Positions 29,391 through 40,282 of a stretch of DNA of 64,000 nt are shown piece by piece. The notes beneath the pieces are model-generated. The model did not search any database, had not been told where the DNA came from, and saw nothing but the letters and a program-made list of their open reading frames with translations. The stretch covers positions 6,048,001 to 6,112,000 of the forward strand of contig CAWIAD010000002.1 in NCBI GenBank assembly GCA_963833985.1, written 5' to 3'. The translations under genes were made by a program, and so were the position numbers. Positions within the stretch are counted from its first letter, which is position 1, and every line of letters begins with the position of its first letter. The stretch comes from an uncultured Planctomycetaceae bacterium (lineage in GTDB: Bacteria; Planctomycetota; Planctomycetia; Isosphaerales; Isosphaeraceae).

Positions 29391-32300
29391 ATGCCGAACC
29401 CGGCTCGGTCGCTTTTGCTGCGCTACGGCAGCGCCCTCGCCACCGTCGCGCTGACGACCGGAGTCCGGTACGCCCTCGGCCCGCTTATGGGCCAGCGCCA
29501 GTCCTTCCTTTGCTTCGACCTTGCCGTCCTCTTCACAGCCTGGTACGGGGGCTTCGGACCGTCTGTCGCGGCCATCTTTCTCTCCTGCCTCTCGGCGGCG
29601 TACGTGTACCTCCCACCGCACGGCTTGCTCCATTCCAGCGACCCCGGCGATCTCGTCGCCCTGGGGATGTTCGTCGCCGTTTCCTCAGCGATCGTCGCCT
29701 TCAGTGAAGTGAACCGAGCCACGCAGCGACGCCTGGAGCGGGAGGTCGCCGACAGGAAGTTCGCCGAGGAGGAGGCTCGGGACAGCGAGGATCGCTTCCG
29801 GCAACTCTCCGATACGATGCCCCAGATCGGCTGGACGGCTGAGTCTGACGGTTCGGTTCGCTACTTCAACAAGCGTTGGTACGAGTACACGGGTCTCACC
29901 CCGGATGAGTCGCTGGCGCACGAGGGCTGGCGGGCGATCGTCTACCCCGCTGATCTCGCCGGGCTTTACGAGATCCGAAACAGGGCCGTCCGGAGCGGCG
30001 GTTGGTTCGAGACCGAGGCCCGCCTGCGGGACGGTCAGGGAGACTACCACTGGCACCTGGTCCGCTCGGTGCCGGTGATGGACGACTCCGGTCGGGTACT
30101 GCGGAGGTTCGGTACGGCGACCGATATTCATGACCGCAAGCTCGCCGAGCAGGAGCGCCAGAAGTTCGTGTCGCTGGCTCGTAACAGCGGCGAGTTCATC
30201 GCCATGTACGACTTGCAGGGCATGCCTTTCTTCGTCAACGACGCCGGGATGCGGATGGTCGGGCTGGACAGTCTGGAGGAGGCTGTGCGTACCCCGGTGA
30301 AGGATTTCTTTTTCCCAGAGGACCAGGCGTTCATCACCGGGGAGCTCTTCCCCAGGGTGATCGAGAATGGTCAAGGCGAGGTCGAGATCCGGTTCCGCCA
30401 CTTCAGGACCGGGGACGCCCTGTGGATGCTCTACAACGTCTTCGCCCTCCCCGACGTCGAGGGACACCCCTGCGGGCTCGCCACGGTGAGCCGGAACATC
30501 ACGGAGCGCAGGCGGCTCTCCGAACAACTGGAGGAAGAGCGAAACCTGCTCGACGCCCTGTTCGCATCGACCCCGGTCGGGCTCGGCTTCGTGGACGCCG
30601 AGTTCTGTTTCCGGCGGGTCAATGAGGCAACCGCCAGGACAAACGGCGTGCCGGTCGAGGCCCACATCGGGCGCACCCTGGCGGAAGTGCTGCCGCACCT
30701 CTGGCCGACCCTCGAGCCGTTGTACCGCAGGGTGCTGGAGACGGGCGAGCCGATCCGCGACCTGGACGTGGAAGGCGAAACTCCCGGGTGTCCGGGTGTC
30801 CCCCGGAGCTGGCTGGCGAACTACTACCCGGTGCGGATTGGCGGGTCGGTCGTCGGGGTCGGCTTCGTCATCGTGGAGACGACCGAGGCCAGGAAGCGGG
30901 AGTTCCGGCTGCGCGAGGCCGAGCAGCAGTTGCGGGAGCGGGCAAAGCTGCTGGAGACGGTCCTGGCGGCGACGCCGACCCCGATCTGGATCTCTCACGA
31001 CCGGGACTGCCGGGAGATCACCGGGAACCCAGCCTCATACCGGTTCCTGAAGATGGCCGAAGGGGGCGTCGTGTCGGCGACCGCCCCCGGCGACTTGCCG
31101 AAGACCCGCAACTTCCGGGAGTACCGGGACGATCAGCCGGTCGATCCCCGCGACCTGCCGATGCAGGTGGCGGCCAGGGACGGGGTCGAGGTCCATGACG
31201 CCGAGTTTTCGGTGATGTTCGACGACGGCGGCGTGCGGCACCTTTACGGCAACGCCGTCCCGTTCCGGGACGAGGGCGGCGAGGTGACGGGGTCGATCGC
31301 CGCCTACGTGGACATCACCCGGCTGAAAGAGGCCGAGGCGGCACTTCGGGACGCCGACAGGCGCAAGGACGAGTTCCTGGCGATGCTCGCCCACGAGCTG
31401 CGCAATCCGCTCGCCCCGATCCACAACGCCGTCTCGATCATGGCGATCGCGCAGGACGACCGGGAGGCCCAGCAGTGGTCCCGTGAGGTGATCGAGCGGC
31501 AGATCGCCCACCTGACAAGCCTGGTGGACGACCTCCTGGACGTATCCCGGATCACACAGGGCAAGATCACGCTGACGAAGGTACCGCTGGAGGTCTCGTC
31601 GATCATCGCGGCCGCCGTCGAATCGAGCCGACCGCTGATCGAGGCACGCGGGCACGACCTGGAACAGAGATTGCCCGAGGAGCCGCTCTGGGTTGATGGC
31701 GACCTCACTCGACTCTCGCAGGTGGTCCTGAACCTTCTGAACAACGCCTCCAAGTACACGCCGGAAGGCGGGCATATCCGGCTCAGCGTCGGGCGGGTCG
31801 GTGATCTCTGTCACATCAGCGTGCGTGACGACGGCGAGGGCATCGCGCCTGAGACTCTGCCCACGGTTTTCGGCCTGTTTGCCCAGGCGTCCCGGTCACC
31901 CGACCGGTCACAGGGCGGCCTGGGGGTGGGACTCACCCTCGTCAAGCGACTTGTGGAGATGCACGGCGGCGCGGTTGAGGGCCGGAGCGACGGGCCCGGC
32001 AAGGGCAGCGAGTTCGTCGTAGATCTTCCCCTTCTGCGTGCAGCACCGTCTCAGGTCGAACCGGCTGCTGCGCTGGCGAGTCCCGGATCGAGCCTCGGTT
32101 GCACACGTCGCATCCTGATCGTGGACGACAGCACGGACACCACGGATACGCTGAAACGCCTCCTGTGCAGGCTCGGGCATGAGGTCGAGGTCGCCCATGA
32201 CGGTACCATGGCGATCCGGGAGGCGGTTCGCTGCACTCCGGAGCTTGTTCTGCTGGATATCGGTTTGCCGGGCATGGACGGGTACGAGGTCGCCCAGAGA

Positions 32301-32474
32301 CTGAGGCGGGAGCCGGCGCTGGACGGAATCTTCCTGGTTGCCCTGACGGGTTACGGCAGCGAGGCCGACCGCCAGCGGAGCACGGCAGCGGGGTTCGATG
32401 ATCACCTCGTGAAGCCGGTGGAGCTCAACGCCCTGCTGCAAGTCCTCAGGAGGAGACAGGCTCGCAAGCTGTAA
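29391..32474 (+). CDS. Hybrid sensor histidine kinase (DUF4118-like TM region, four PAS domains, HisKA, HATPase, receiver)
   Basis: FLAMLAHELRNPLAPI H-box, NLLNNASKYT N-box, GGLGVGL, C-terminal receiver LLDIGLPGMDG. Confidence 0.92.
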   Translation: MPNPARSLLLRYGSALATVALTTGVRYALGPLMGQRQSFLCFDLAVLFTAWYGGFGPSVAAIFLSCLSAAYVYLPPHGLLHSSDPGDLVALGMFVAVSSAIVAFSEVNRATQRRLEREVADRKFAEEEARDSEDRFRQLSDTMPQIGWTAESDGSVRYFNKRWYEYTGLTPDESLAHEGWRAIVYPADLAGLYEIRNRAVRSGGWFETEARLRDGQGDYHWHLVRSVPVMDDSGRVLRRFGTATDIHDRKLAEQERQKFVSLARNSGEFIAMYDLQGMPFFVNDAGMRMVGLDSLEEAVRTPVKDFFFPEDQAFITGELFPRVIENGQGEVEIRFRHFRTGDALWMLYNVFALPDVEGHPCGLATVSRNITERRRLSEQLEEERNLLDALFASTPVGLGFVDAEFCFRRVNEATARTNGVPVEAHIGRTLAEVLPHLWPTLEPLYRRVLETGEPIRDLDVEGETPGCPGVPRSWLANYYPVRIGGSVVGVGFVIVETTEARKREFRLREAEQQLRERAKLLETVLAATPTPIWISHDRDCREITGNPASYRFLKMAEGGVVSATAPGDLPKTRNFREYRDDQPVDPRDLPMQVAARDGVEVHDAEFSVMFDDGGVRHLYGNAVPFRDEGGEVTGSIAAYVDITRLKEAEAALRDADRRKDEFLAMLAHELRNPLAPIHNAVSIMAIAQDDREAQQWSREVIERQIAHLTSLVDDLLDVSRITQGKITLTKVPLEVSSIIAAAVESSRPLIEARGHDLEQRLPEEPLWVDGDLTRLSQVVLNLLNNASKYTPEGGHIRLSVGRVGDLCHISVRDDGEGIAPETLPTVFGLFAQASRSPDRSQGGLGVGLTLVKRLVEMHGGAVEGRSDGPGKGSEFVVDLPLLRAAPSQVEPAAALASPGSSLGCTRRILIVDDSTDTTDTLKRLLCRLGHEVEVAHDGTMAIREAVRCTPELVLLDIGLPGMDGYEVAQRLRREPALDGIFLVALTGYGSEADRQRSTAAGFDDHLVKPVELNALLQVLRRRQARKL

Positions 32475-32790
32475 GGGCGGTTGCGTGGGAAGAGATGCCA
32501 GCGAAGCCGACCGTTGCGTGCTGGCGTCCTGAAGGCTTGTGTCGTGAAGCGCTGCGCTGGAAAGCGGCGAATTCCGTGCGTGGTTTTCAGGATTCCCGTT
32601 CCGGGCTCAGTGCTCTCTCGGCATCCTCGGGCCCGGCACCGGAGAGATCGGGAAGCTCGCCGTGCGCTTCACAGTATCTTCATTTGACTTCAGTCCATCG
32701 TATTCGCATTAATTGTCGCATGGCCGGAGCAAAAAAGATCTGCTCTGATGTCGTCAATCGATGAATACTCTTAGAATTTGGGGTGATGGC

Positions 32791-33108
32791 GTGCCGCCTC
32801 TCCTTGAACGGGTCTTGACGCTGCTCCTGATCGTCAGGGTGGTTGCCGCGCCGGTCACCTTGAGCTGGTCGTCGCTTCATCACCCGTCCACGTCCTGCCT
32901 GACGGTCCGGACGTGTGCCTGGCCGGCACGCGGTGAGCGTTCCCCGCTGGCGGCGTTGCAGCACGTGAGGGAGCGCGATCCAGGATCAGGGACTTTCTTG
33001 AGGCCGTGGTTTCTTCCCTCGAGCCCCCATGGATCGTGCCGTCTCGCTCTGACCCCGGGCCTGATTCACTTCCCACAGCGTCGCGCGCCCTTCGCCCTGC
33101 GTTGCTAG
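32791..33108 (+). CDS. Small hypothetical protein with an N-terminal hydrophobic segment, ending RRAPFALRC
   Basis: LTLLLIVRVVAAPVTLSWS hydrophobic stretch; lies upstream of the DUF1559 gene. Start uncertain (32761 or GTG 32791). Confidence 0.4.
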   Translation: MPPLLERVLTLLLIVRVVAAPVTLSWSSLHHPSTSCLTVRTCAWPARGERSPLAALQHVRERDPGSGTFLRPWFLPSSPHGSCRLALTPGLIHFPQRRAPFALRC

Positions 33109-33504
33109 CGGCGACGGCCACTTCCTCACGCTCCGACTCGACCGTCGTCGAAATCATCGGCGTCCCTCGCGCCCGACGGGCACATTCGTTCAAACTGGCC
33201 ACACGGTCGAATCCCGCAGTCATTTGCAGTGGCAAGTGTCAGCTCCGGCCGTGTGCCAGACCGCTGAAGCGGGCCTGATTCGGCGTTGTTCTGACCACTG
33301 TCCGGCATTCATTCTGTGGCGCAGGTTGGTCACCTCGTCCCTTCAGCCAGGGCACAGGGCAGGTCCTCACGGCGGCTGCTCCCTGGCGCAACTCTGATGC
33401 AGTGCCTTGTCGTTTCGAATTCGCAAGTTCGTCTCGGGCGGCCTTGCAGCCTTGCAGGCTGTGTTTTACCGCACTGACTCACCTTATCCCGAATGGAGAT
33501 CCTG

Positions 33505-34627
33505 ATGCAGAAACGTGGGTTTACCCTGATTGAGCTTCTGGTCGTCATCGCAATCATTGCGGTTCTGATTTCCCTGTTGCTTCCCGCTGTCCAGTCCGCG
33601 CGAGGCCGCGCGCCGGGCTCAGTGCACAAACAACATGAAGCAATTCGGTCTGGCTTTCATGAATTACGAGAGTGCCAATGGAACCTTCCCTCTCAAGTCG
33701 GTCCTGCAACCGTTACAGGGCGGTGCCCCGGGCAGTTTTCTCGTCGCCTCATGCTGGAGCCCGTTTGCGCGGGCGGGGACGTTCCTCGAACAGGGAGCAC
33801 TTTTCAACTCGATCAATTTCATGGGGTGGACGTACGACGACCCGCCCAATACGACGGTGTCCATGACCCCGCTGGCGGTGCTGTACTGCCCGAGCGATCC
33901 CGGCTCGCACATCAACGACAATTCGCTCGGCGGCACATACGGGGCGACGACGAGCTACGGGACCTGTGACGGCGACTGGTACGTCTGGTCGGTCAACTGG
34001 AACGGCAGCACGAACACGAGCGGCCCGATGAACCGCTCGCTGTTCGGGCCGAATTATGCACGCAGAATCGCAATGATCACGGATGGCACGAGCAACACAA
34101 TGGCGATGTCGGAGGGCCTTATTGGCCACGGCCAGATGCGGAGCTGCCAGGGCGCGGGAGCGACCGTTTCGGACCCCGTCACGGGGACGTACTCCTTCAC
34201 CAACATCCCGGCTCCGGGCCCCAATTCCATCGTGGCGCTGAGCTACCAGATCAACAACTGCGGCACGGCCTCCGGGAAGCCCAAGGCTGGTGGACCGATC
34301 GGCCACACCCGCGCGTACGACGGGGGCGTGTACTACTCGGGTTTCACCACCGCCATCACGCCCAATAACGACCCGAAGACCATGAGTCGCGCGACCGGTT
34401 ACACCAATGCCGGACAGGTTGTTGCCATGGACTGGGACTCTGTTGACGAGAACGACGGAGGACCGACCTTCATGGCCCTGAACGCTACCAGCGACCACCC
34501 AGGCGGCGTGAACGTCCTGTTCGCCGACGGCAGCGTCCATTTCGTGAAGAATTCCGTGAACCCGATCTCCTGGTACAGCCTTGGCACCATTGCCGGGGGC
34601 GAGGTGATCAGCGCGGATTCGTATTGA
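33505..34627 (+). CDS. DUF1559 family prepilin-type N-terminal cleavage/methylation protein; frameshift near 33605
   Basis: [45 protein letters not shown] and the H-X9-DG motif [16 protein letters not shown]. Confidence 0.92.
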
Positions 34628-34719
34628 CCTTGATTTGTGGCGGGTGGCGGGACGTGCCGATCCGACCTCCCGGGTCGCTCCCACCACCCGTCACCGAGCA
34701 CTGGTTGGAGTCTACATCG

Positions 34720-35130
34720 ATGTCAAGTCGAGCCCGGAGGTTGTTCGTGCTGATCCTGGCCCCCGCCCTCCTCGTTCCCTTCTCGAGTTGCGGAGTTTCC
34801 GGAGGAGGTAGCTCGCGGGACACCTTGTTCCCCGTGAAGGGAATGGTCACGTACAAAGGGAAGCCAGTCACCAGGGGCCTTGTGAAATTTGAGCCCGATG
34901 GCTACGGACGGAAGGCGAGCGGTCCACTTCAGGCCGATGGGACCTTCGTGCTCACCACGGAGAAGGTAGGGGACGGGGTGGTTGCCGGCCACCACCAGGT
35001 CTCGATCAGCGGCACCGGAGACCGCCACGCCAGGGAGCTCATACCCACGAAGTACACTCAGCGCATGAGTTCGAGGCTTGAGGCCGATGTCGACGCGGAA
35101 CATACCGAGTTCAACTTCGACCTCAAGTGA
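34720..35130 (+). CDS. Carboxypeptidase-regulatory-like domain lipoprotein (usual DUF1559 partner)
   Basis: FSSCG lipobox, PVKGMVTYKGKPV, DGTFVLTT, IPTKY, FNFDLK. Confidence 0.8.
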   Translation: MSSRARRLFVLILAPALLVPFSSCGVSGGGSSRDTLFPVKGMVTYKGKPVTRGLVKFEPDGYGRKASGPLQADGTFVLTTEKVGDGVVAGHHQVSISGTGDRHARELIPTKYTQRMSSRLEADVDAEHTEFNFDLK

Positions 35131-35276
35131 CCGCAGGCCCGACGGCTGAGCATCGGAACCAGCAGATCGGCAGGTTCCGGCGCGGTAAGAACGTCAGCAC
35201 GTGCCGATTCTTCCTGATGACCGCCCGGAGATCGCCAGGGGACTTCCGGGGCGTGGATCTCTGTGGCAACCAGGCG

Positions 35277-36153
35277 TCACGGCTTGACGGCGAGCACGCG
35301 CACGCTGGCGGCGTAGTCGTTGACGTTGTAGCGCGACAGCAACTCCGCGAGCCGCTGGTGCAGGCTGGCACTGGTGGTCTCGCCGTTATTCGAGCAGCAG
35401 CCGACCTCCGCGATGGGCAGGCATGACGCCGGGGGCGAGCAGCACCCGGCCTGGTTTTCTACCTTGGCGTAGGCGTGCAGATCGCTCCCGCTGTCGACGA
35501 TCTCGACATGGGCGAACCCTGCCTCGGACAGCATCCGGCGATAATCCCCGATCAAGCTCGCGCCGGCAATGCAGCCGACGTAGGCCATCAGGTCATTGCC
35601 AATCTCGGGCGGCAAGTCGCGCTTCAGCGCGATGTCGCTGACCGCAAGGCGGCCGCCCGGCCTGAGCACCCTTGCAATCTCCCGGAACACCGCGGGCTTG
35701 TCGGGTGCGAGATTGATCACACAGTTCGAGATCACGCAGTCGACCGAGGCGTCAGGAAGCGGGAGGCGGTCGATCGTGGAGAGGTGATACTCGATGTTCG
35801 TCAGCCCTGACCTGGCGGCGTTCTGACGAGCCAGGTCGATCATCTCCTGGGTCATATCGATGCCGATCGCCTTGCCGGTAGGACCGACCTTGCGCCGCCA
35901 GGAGCACGTCCAGGCCCCCGCCGCTGCCGAGATCGACGACGACCTCGCCCTCGCGTAGATTGGCTGTGGCCGTGGGGTTGCCGCACGACAGTCCCATGTT
36001 CGCCTCGGCGGGGATGGAGGCGAGTTCCTCGGGCGAATAACCGAATGCTTCCGCGACGGCCTTCACGCCCTGGTGATCGGAGGACAGGCCGCTGGTGGCG
36101 ACCGACCCGTACTTGTCCTTCACGGCCTGGATCAGAGACTCGGACATGGTCAT
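35277..36153 (-). CDS. arsM: Arsenite S-adenosylmethionine methyltransferase; frameshift near 35895
   Basis: [44 protein letters not shown]. Confidence 0.9.
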
Positions 36154-36165
36154 TCTCCTGTGAGG

Positions 36166-37161
36166 TCACCGGTCGCGCTGGTTCAGGCGGTTCCTGGCCT
36201 GCATCATCACGCTCAACATCAGTCTGCCGATGTCATCCCGGCGCTCGGCGTACTTCTGAGATTCGAACACGCTGTCGTCATAAATCTTCGGGTCCAGGTA
36301 GGGCATCGAGATGCGGGCCGCGGCTCCCTTGACGAACGGGCATGCGGCATCCGCCTCCCCGCAGACCATCAGGGCGGCGAAGCCATTCTGGGGGTTGGCA
36401 GCATCGAAGTAGGCTTTGGAGAACTCGGTCGCCTCCATGCCCGAGCCCCACCTGACGACGTAGACCGGGTTGGCGGTCTTCGGCTCGCCCCGGGGTGCCT
36501 CCTTGCCCGTCGGCTCGACATCGACGCCGATCACCTTGAGTGCGGCGATGGTGCGCGGGTTGAAGGCGCTGGGCGCTGTGCCGCCACTGTGGAAGCGAAT
36601 TTCGGGCATACCGTAGTAGGCAGCCGCGATGTTCCCCATCGTCGCCCCGAGAATGCTGCGGCGACTGTTACCGGTGCAGACGGCAGTGACGTGGAGAGGG
36701 TGTCCCGGCTTGTAGTTCTTGACGATCCAGTCCACAAGCTTCTCGCCGGCTTCGCGGTGCGGCTCGTCGATCATGTCGAATGAGGTGGTCAGCATGTCGG
36801 CGTGAGCAGTGACTCCAGGGTTGAGAGACCTGCGGGACTCGGGCACATCGGCTTCCAGGCATTTCTTGACCTCGGCAGGATCGAGGCGACCGTCCTTCCC
36901 CGCGAGCTTACTGAAGGTCGAAGTGTCCATGAGTCCCTGTACTCCCGTAGCGGTGAGGATGCCTTGTTTGCCCAGAGCCTTCGAGAGCTTGCCCTTGGAC
37001 TTCTGGTCGCTCTGGGGGGTGATGGACTCGGCGGTGCCGAAGCGATGGACGAGCCAGAGTGAGCGAACCAGTGGTCCCACTTCGTCGCCAGCCAGGCACT
37101 GCGTGCTCAGGACCAGGAGCAGCGCTGGGGCGAGCCAGAGAAGCCGGATACGTCGAGTCAT
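36166..37161 (-). CDS. LMW-PTPase/ArsC-like protein with a signal peptide and an extra N-terminal domain
   Basis: VCTGNSRRS P-loop, HSGGT, MVCGEADAACP, YLDPK; N-terminal MTRRIRLLWLAPALLLVLSTQCLA. Confidence 0.8.
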   Translation of the reverse strand: MTRRIRLLWLAPALLLVLSTQCLAGDEVGPLVRSLWLVHRFGTAESITPQSDQKSKGKLSKALGKQGILTATGVQGLMDTSTFSKLAGKDGRLDPAEVKKCLEADVPESRRSLNPGVTAHADMLTTSFDMIDEPHREAGEKLVDWIVKNYKPGHPLHVTAVCTGNSRRSILGATMGNIAAAYYGMPEIRFHSGGTAPSAFNPRTIAALKVIGVDVEPTGKEAPRGEPKTANPVYVVRWGSGMEATEFSKAYFDAANPQNGFAALMVCGEADAACPFVKGAAARISMPYLDPKIYDDSVFESQKYAERRDDIGRLMLSVMMQARNRLNQRDR

Positions 37162-37443
37162 GGAATTGTTCCTCGTTGATATAAGATCACCGATCGCGGA
37201 TGGCAGCTACCCGATCCAGCCTGGCCATCCAGAACCTGCCACAGCTCACGATGCCAGGAAACTGCTGGCATTCTGACCATGGCACCAGGTGCGGAGTGCG
37301 GAGTGCGAAGTGTGCGCAGCGCCACATCCCGCCAGCCCGCTGGAGCAGGGCGGCAAAGACGTTCTTGTCAGCGGCAGGCTGGTCCTCGGGGAGATGGAGC
37401 AAGGCGGGGAAGTGAGCGCCGCAGCACTCCGGGTGCAGAGCCG

Positions 37444-38547
37444 TCATGGTTGTCGCTCCATTTCCCCACCGAAGTACCGCCGGCGAAACAGGAACGCCAC
37501 GTTGACCAGGCCGATCATCACCGGGACTTCGACCAGGGGGCCGATGACGGTGGCGAAGGCGGCTCCCGAGTTGATTCCGAACACGGCCACCGCGACGGCG
37601 ATGGCAAGCTCGAAGTTGTTGCTCGCTGCCGTGAACGAGAGCGTGGTTGTCTTGGCATAATCCGCACCGAGCTTTCGCCCGACCCAGAACGAGACCAGGA
37701 ACATCGCCACGAAGTAGATGAGCAGGGGCGCGGAGATCCGCAACACGTCGAGCGGGACCCGGATGATGTTCTCCCCCTGGAGTGAGAACATGACCACGAT
37801 CGTGAACAGCAGGGCGATGAGCGTGATCGGGCTGATCGCCGGTATGAATGTTTGCGCGTACCAGTCCCTGCCCTTGACCCGGAGCAGGATGAACCGGGTG
37901 ATCATGCCCGCAAGGAAGGGGATGCCCAGATAGATGAACACGCTCTGGGCAATCGCGGCGATCGTGATCCTGGACAGATCCACTGCCCCGAAGTCGTGAC
38001 CGATCCAGGAGGGCACAACCTTGACGAAGAGATAAGCGAAGACCGAATAGAAGAAGACCTGGAACAACGAGTTCAAGGCGACCAGGCCCGCCGCGTACTC
38101 GCTGTCGCCACGTGCCAGGTCATTCCAGACGATGACCATGGCGATGCAGCGCGCGAGGCCGATCAGGATCAGCCCGATGGCGTACTCGGGCTTGTCAGGA
38201 AGGAATGCCAGGGCAAGACCGAACATGAGGACGGGACCGACCACCCAGTTGAGCAGGAGCGAGATCCCGAGCACCTTCGTGTCGCGAAAGACCCGGGGTA
38301 GCTCCTCGTAATGGACCTTCGCCAGCGGTGGGTACATCATCAGGATCAGCCCGAGAGCGATCGGGAACGAGGTCGTACCGACCGACAGGCCCGTGATGGT
38401 CCTCACGACACCGGGGGCCACGTTCCCGAGCAGGACGCCCACGGTCATTGCCGTGAAGATCCAGAGCGTCAGGTAGCGGTCCAGGAAGGCCAGCCGAGCG
38501 GAAGGTCGTGCGGGACAGTCGGTCCTTGCTTCGCGCAGTCTTGGCAT
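37444..38547 (-). CDS. acr3: ACR3-family arsenite efflux transporter
   Basis: [52 protein letters not shown]. Confidence 0.95.
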   Translation of the reverse strand: MPRLREARTDCPARPSARLAFLDRYLTLWIFTAMTVGVLLGNVAPGVVRTITGLSVGTTSFPIALGLILMMYPPLAKVHYEELPRVFRDTKVLGISLLLNWVVGPVLMFGLALAFLPDKPEYAIGLILIGLARCIAMVIVWNDLARGDSEYAAGLVALNSLFQVFFYSVFAYLFVKVVPSWIGHDFGAVDLSRITIAAIAQSVFIYLGIPFLAGMITRFILLRVKGRDWYAQTFIPAISPITLIALLFTIVVMFSLQGENIIRVPLDVLRISAPLLIYFVAMFLVSFWVGRKLGADYAKTTTLSFTAASNNFELAIAVAVAVFGINSGAAFATVIGPLVEVPVMIGLVNVAFLFRRRYFGGEMERQP

Positions 38548-38596
38548 CGGTCGTTTGCATCCGCTCAGGCAGATATAGTGGGAGAAAAAAGAGAGC

Positions 38597-38974
38597 CTAT
38601 TCCCCGCCGCTACAGCAGGAGATCTTTTTGGTCAGCCGCTCATGGTCCAGGCGGAAGACCTCCGGGTCTCCTAGACAGGTGCCCAGGCAGCCCAGGAGAA
38701 TGCGGCGCAGGCTCGTCCTGGGCTTCGCCAGGCGGTAGTAAACCCAGAGACCTTCTTTGCGTCCAGCCACCAGTCCATGCCTTCGGAGGTACGCCAGGTG
38801 CCGCGAAACGGTTGGCTGCGGAAGGCCCAGGGCCTCGAAGAGATGGCAGACGCAGACCTCGTCGCGCTCGCCGCTGAGCAGGTTCAGCAGACGCAGGCGC
38901 ACCGGGTCGGCGAACGCCTTGAGCGTCCGTGTCGACTCCTCGAGTTCCGTGGCCTCTTGTCGAACAATCTTCAT
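38597..38974 (-). CDS. arsR: ArsR/SmtB metalloregulator
   Basis: [35 protein letters not shown]-terminal CC. Confidence 0.92.
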   Translation of the reverse strand: MKIVRQEATELEESTRTLKAFADPVRLRLLNLLSGERDEVCVCHLFEALGLPQPTVSRHLAYLRRHGLVAGRKEGLWVYYRLAKPRTSLRRILLGCLGTCLGDPEVFRLDHERLTKKISCCSGGE

Positions 38975-38985
38975 TCTGATTGCCG

Positions 38986-39014
38986 AATATAGTCGGCCAG
39001 GGCGGACGGGTCAA
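38986..39014 (-). promoter_or_regulatory. Sigma70-like promoter of the ars cluster
   Basis: Minus strand TTGACC (39014-39009), 17-nt spacer, TATATT (38991-38986). Only 11 nt separate it from the arsR ATG, implying a very short leader. Confidence 0.65.
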
Positions 39015-39045
39015 CAGGTGACCGCCGTTTCCAGATCGTGGAACC

Positions 39046-40218
39046 TCAGGAAGACACGGAGTGAGCCGCCTCGCGAGCGCGGTTCGCCGGCGCGGGGAGA
39101 GCCGCCGACAACAGCGTTGCCAGCATCAAGACGAACAGCAGCGCCACGAACACAGTGCCAAGGCCTTTCCAGTCCGCGAGCCGGCCCAGGAGCGGGGCGG
39201 CCATACCGCCGACGCTCACGGCCAGTCCCAGGGTCACGCCCGAGGCCACGCCCACGCGGCTGGGAAGGTACTCCTGGCCCAGCACGACCTGCACGCTGGA
39301 CGGCAGGAAGATGCAGAGCGCCAGCGGAATCAGCAGCGCCAGGGCGAGGGACCGGTCTGTCGTGAGCACGAAGAGAGCAAGGAAGATCGAAGCTCCGACG
39401 AACCCGGAACGGAGAACAGTCCGCCGGCCCAGGCGATCGGCGAGCGCGCCGCCGGCCAGGGTCCCGACGATACTCGTTCCGAGGAAGACGGCCAGGGCGT
39501 TATTGCCGGCGGCCGCGTCCTGTCCCCAGCGGTTCATGAAATAGAGGGCCAGGAATGTATTCAGGCCGAAGAACGTGACCGAGCGGCAGATCGTCGCCCC
39601 GCTCAGAATCAGAAATCCTCTCCAGTGATCCGCTCCCAGACTCGGGCCATGCTCGTTCCGACGGCCCGACGATCTGCCCGCAGCCGGCCGTGGCTGGATC
39701 AGCAGTGTGGCCACCAGCCCGGTTGGCAAGAGCAGTACGAGCACGCCCCGGATGCCCCATTCCACGACCAGCAGCGTGGTCAGAATGGGCGCCAGGGCGA
39801 ACCCGATCACGCCTCCGACCGTGAACCAGCTCATCCCGGTTGCGCGCCGGTCGCCGCTGGCCAGGAACGCCCTGCGAGCGGCCTCCGGGTGGAACGCGGC
39901 CACGCCCAGGCCGCTGAGGGCGAACGCCAGCAGAACCACGGGAAAGTTGATCGCCTGCGCTCCCAGGGCCAGGCCCGCGCCGGTGAGGACGATGCTCGCC
40001 GGCAGCAACCAGCTCAGGGCGAGGCGGTCCGCAACCTGGCCGAAGAGCGGTTGCACGACCGAGGATGAGGCACTGATGGCAAAGACCAGGCTGGCGGCCG
40101 CCGTGTACGAGAAGTGCCGCTCGACCACCAGGAACGGCAGCAGCGCGGGGACCGTGCCCTGGCACAGATCGGTCAGGAAATGCCCTGCTGCCAGATTCGC
40201 GATGGCTCGCCGGTTCAC
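39046..40218 (-). CDS. MFS transporter (Fsr/fosmidomycin-resistance-like)
   Basis: About 12 TM segments; SSVVQPLFGQVADR, GVAAFHPEA. Confidence 0.88.
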   Translation of the reverse strand: MNRRAIANLAAGHFLTDLCQGTVPALLPFLVVERHFSYTAAASLVFAISASSSVVQPLFGQVADRLALSWLLPASIVLTGAGLALGAQAINFPVVLLAFALSGLGVAAFHPEAARRAFLASGDRRATGMSWFTVGGVIGFALAPILTTLLVVEWGIRGVLVLLLPTGLVATLLIQPRPAAGRSSGRRNEHGPSLGADHWRGFLILSGATICRSVTFFGLNTFLALYFMNRWGQDAAAGNNALAVFLGTSIVGTLAGGALADRLGRRTVLRSGFVGASIFLALFVLTTDRSLALALLIPLALCIFLPSSVQVVLGQEYLPSRVGVASGVTLGLAVSVGGMAAPLLGRLADWKGLGTVFVALLFVLMLATLLSAALPAPANRAREAAHSVSS

Positions 40219-40282
40219 AGGCGTCCCTCCGGGAACAGCGCGGGCTTGAGCCGCAAGGTGCGACTTGTATGCTCACTGATCC

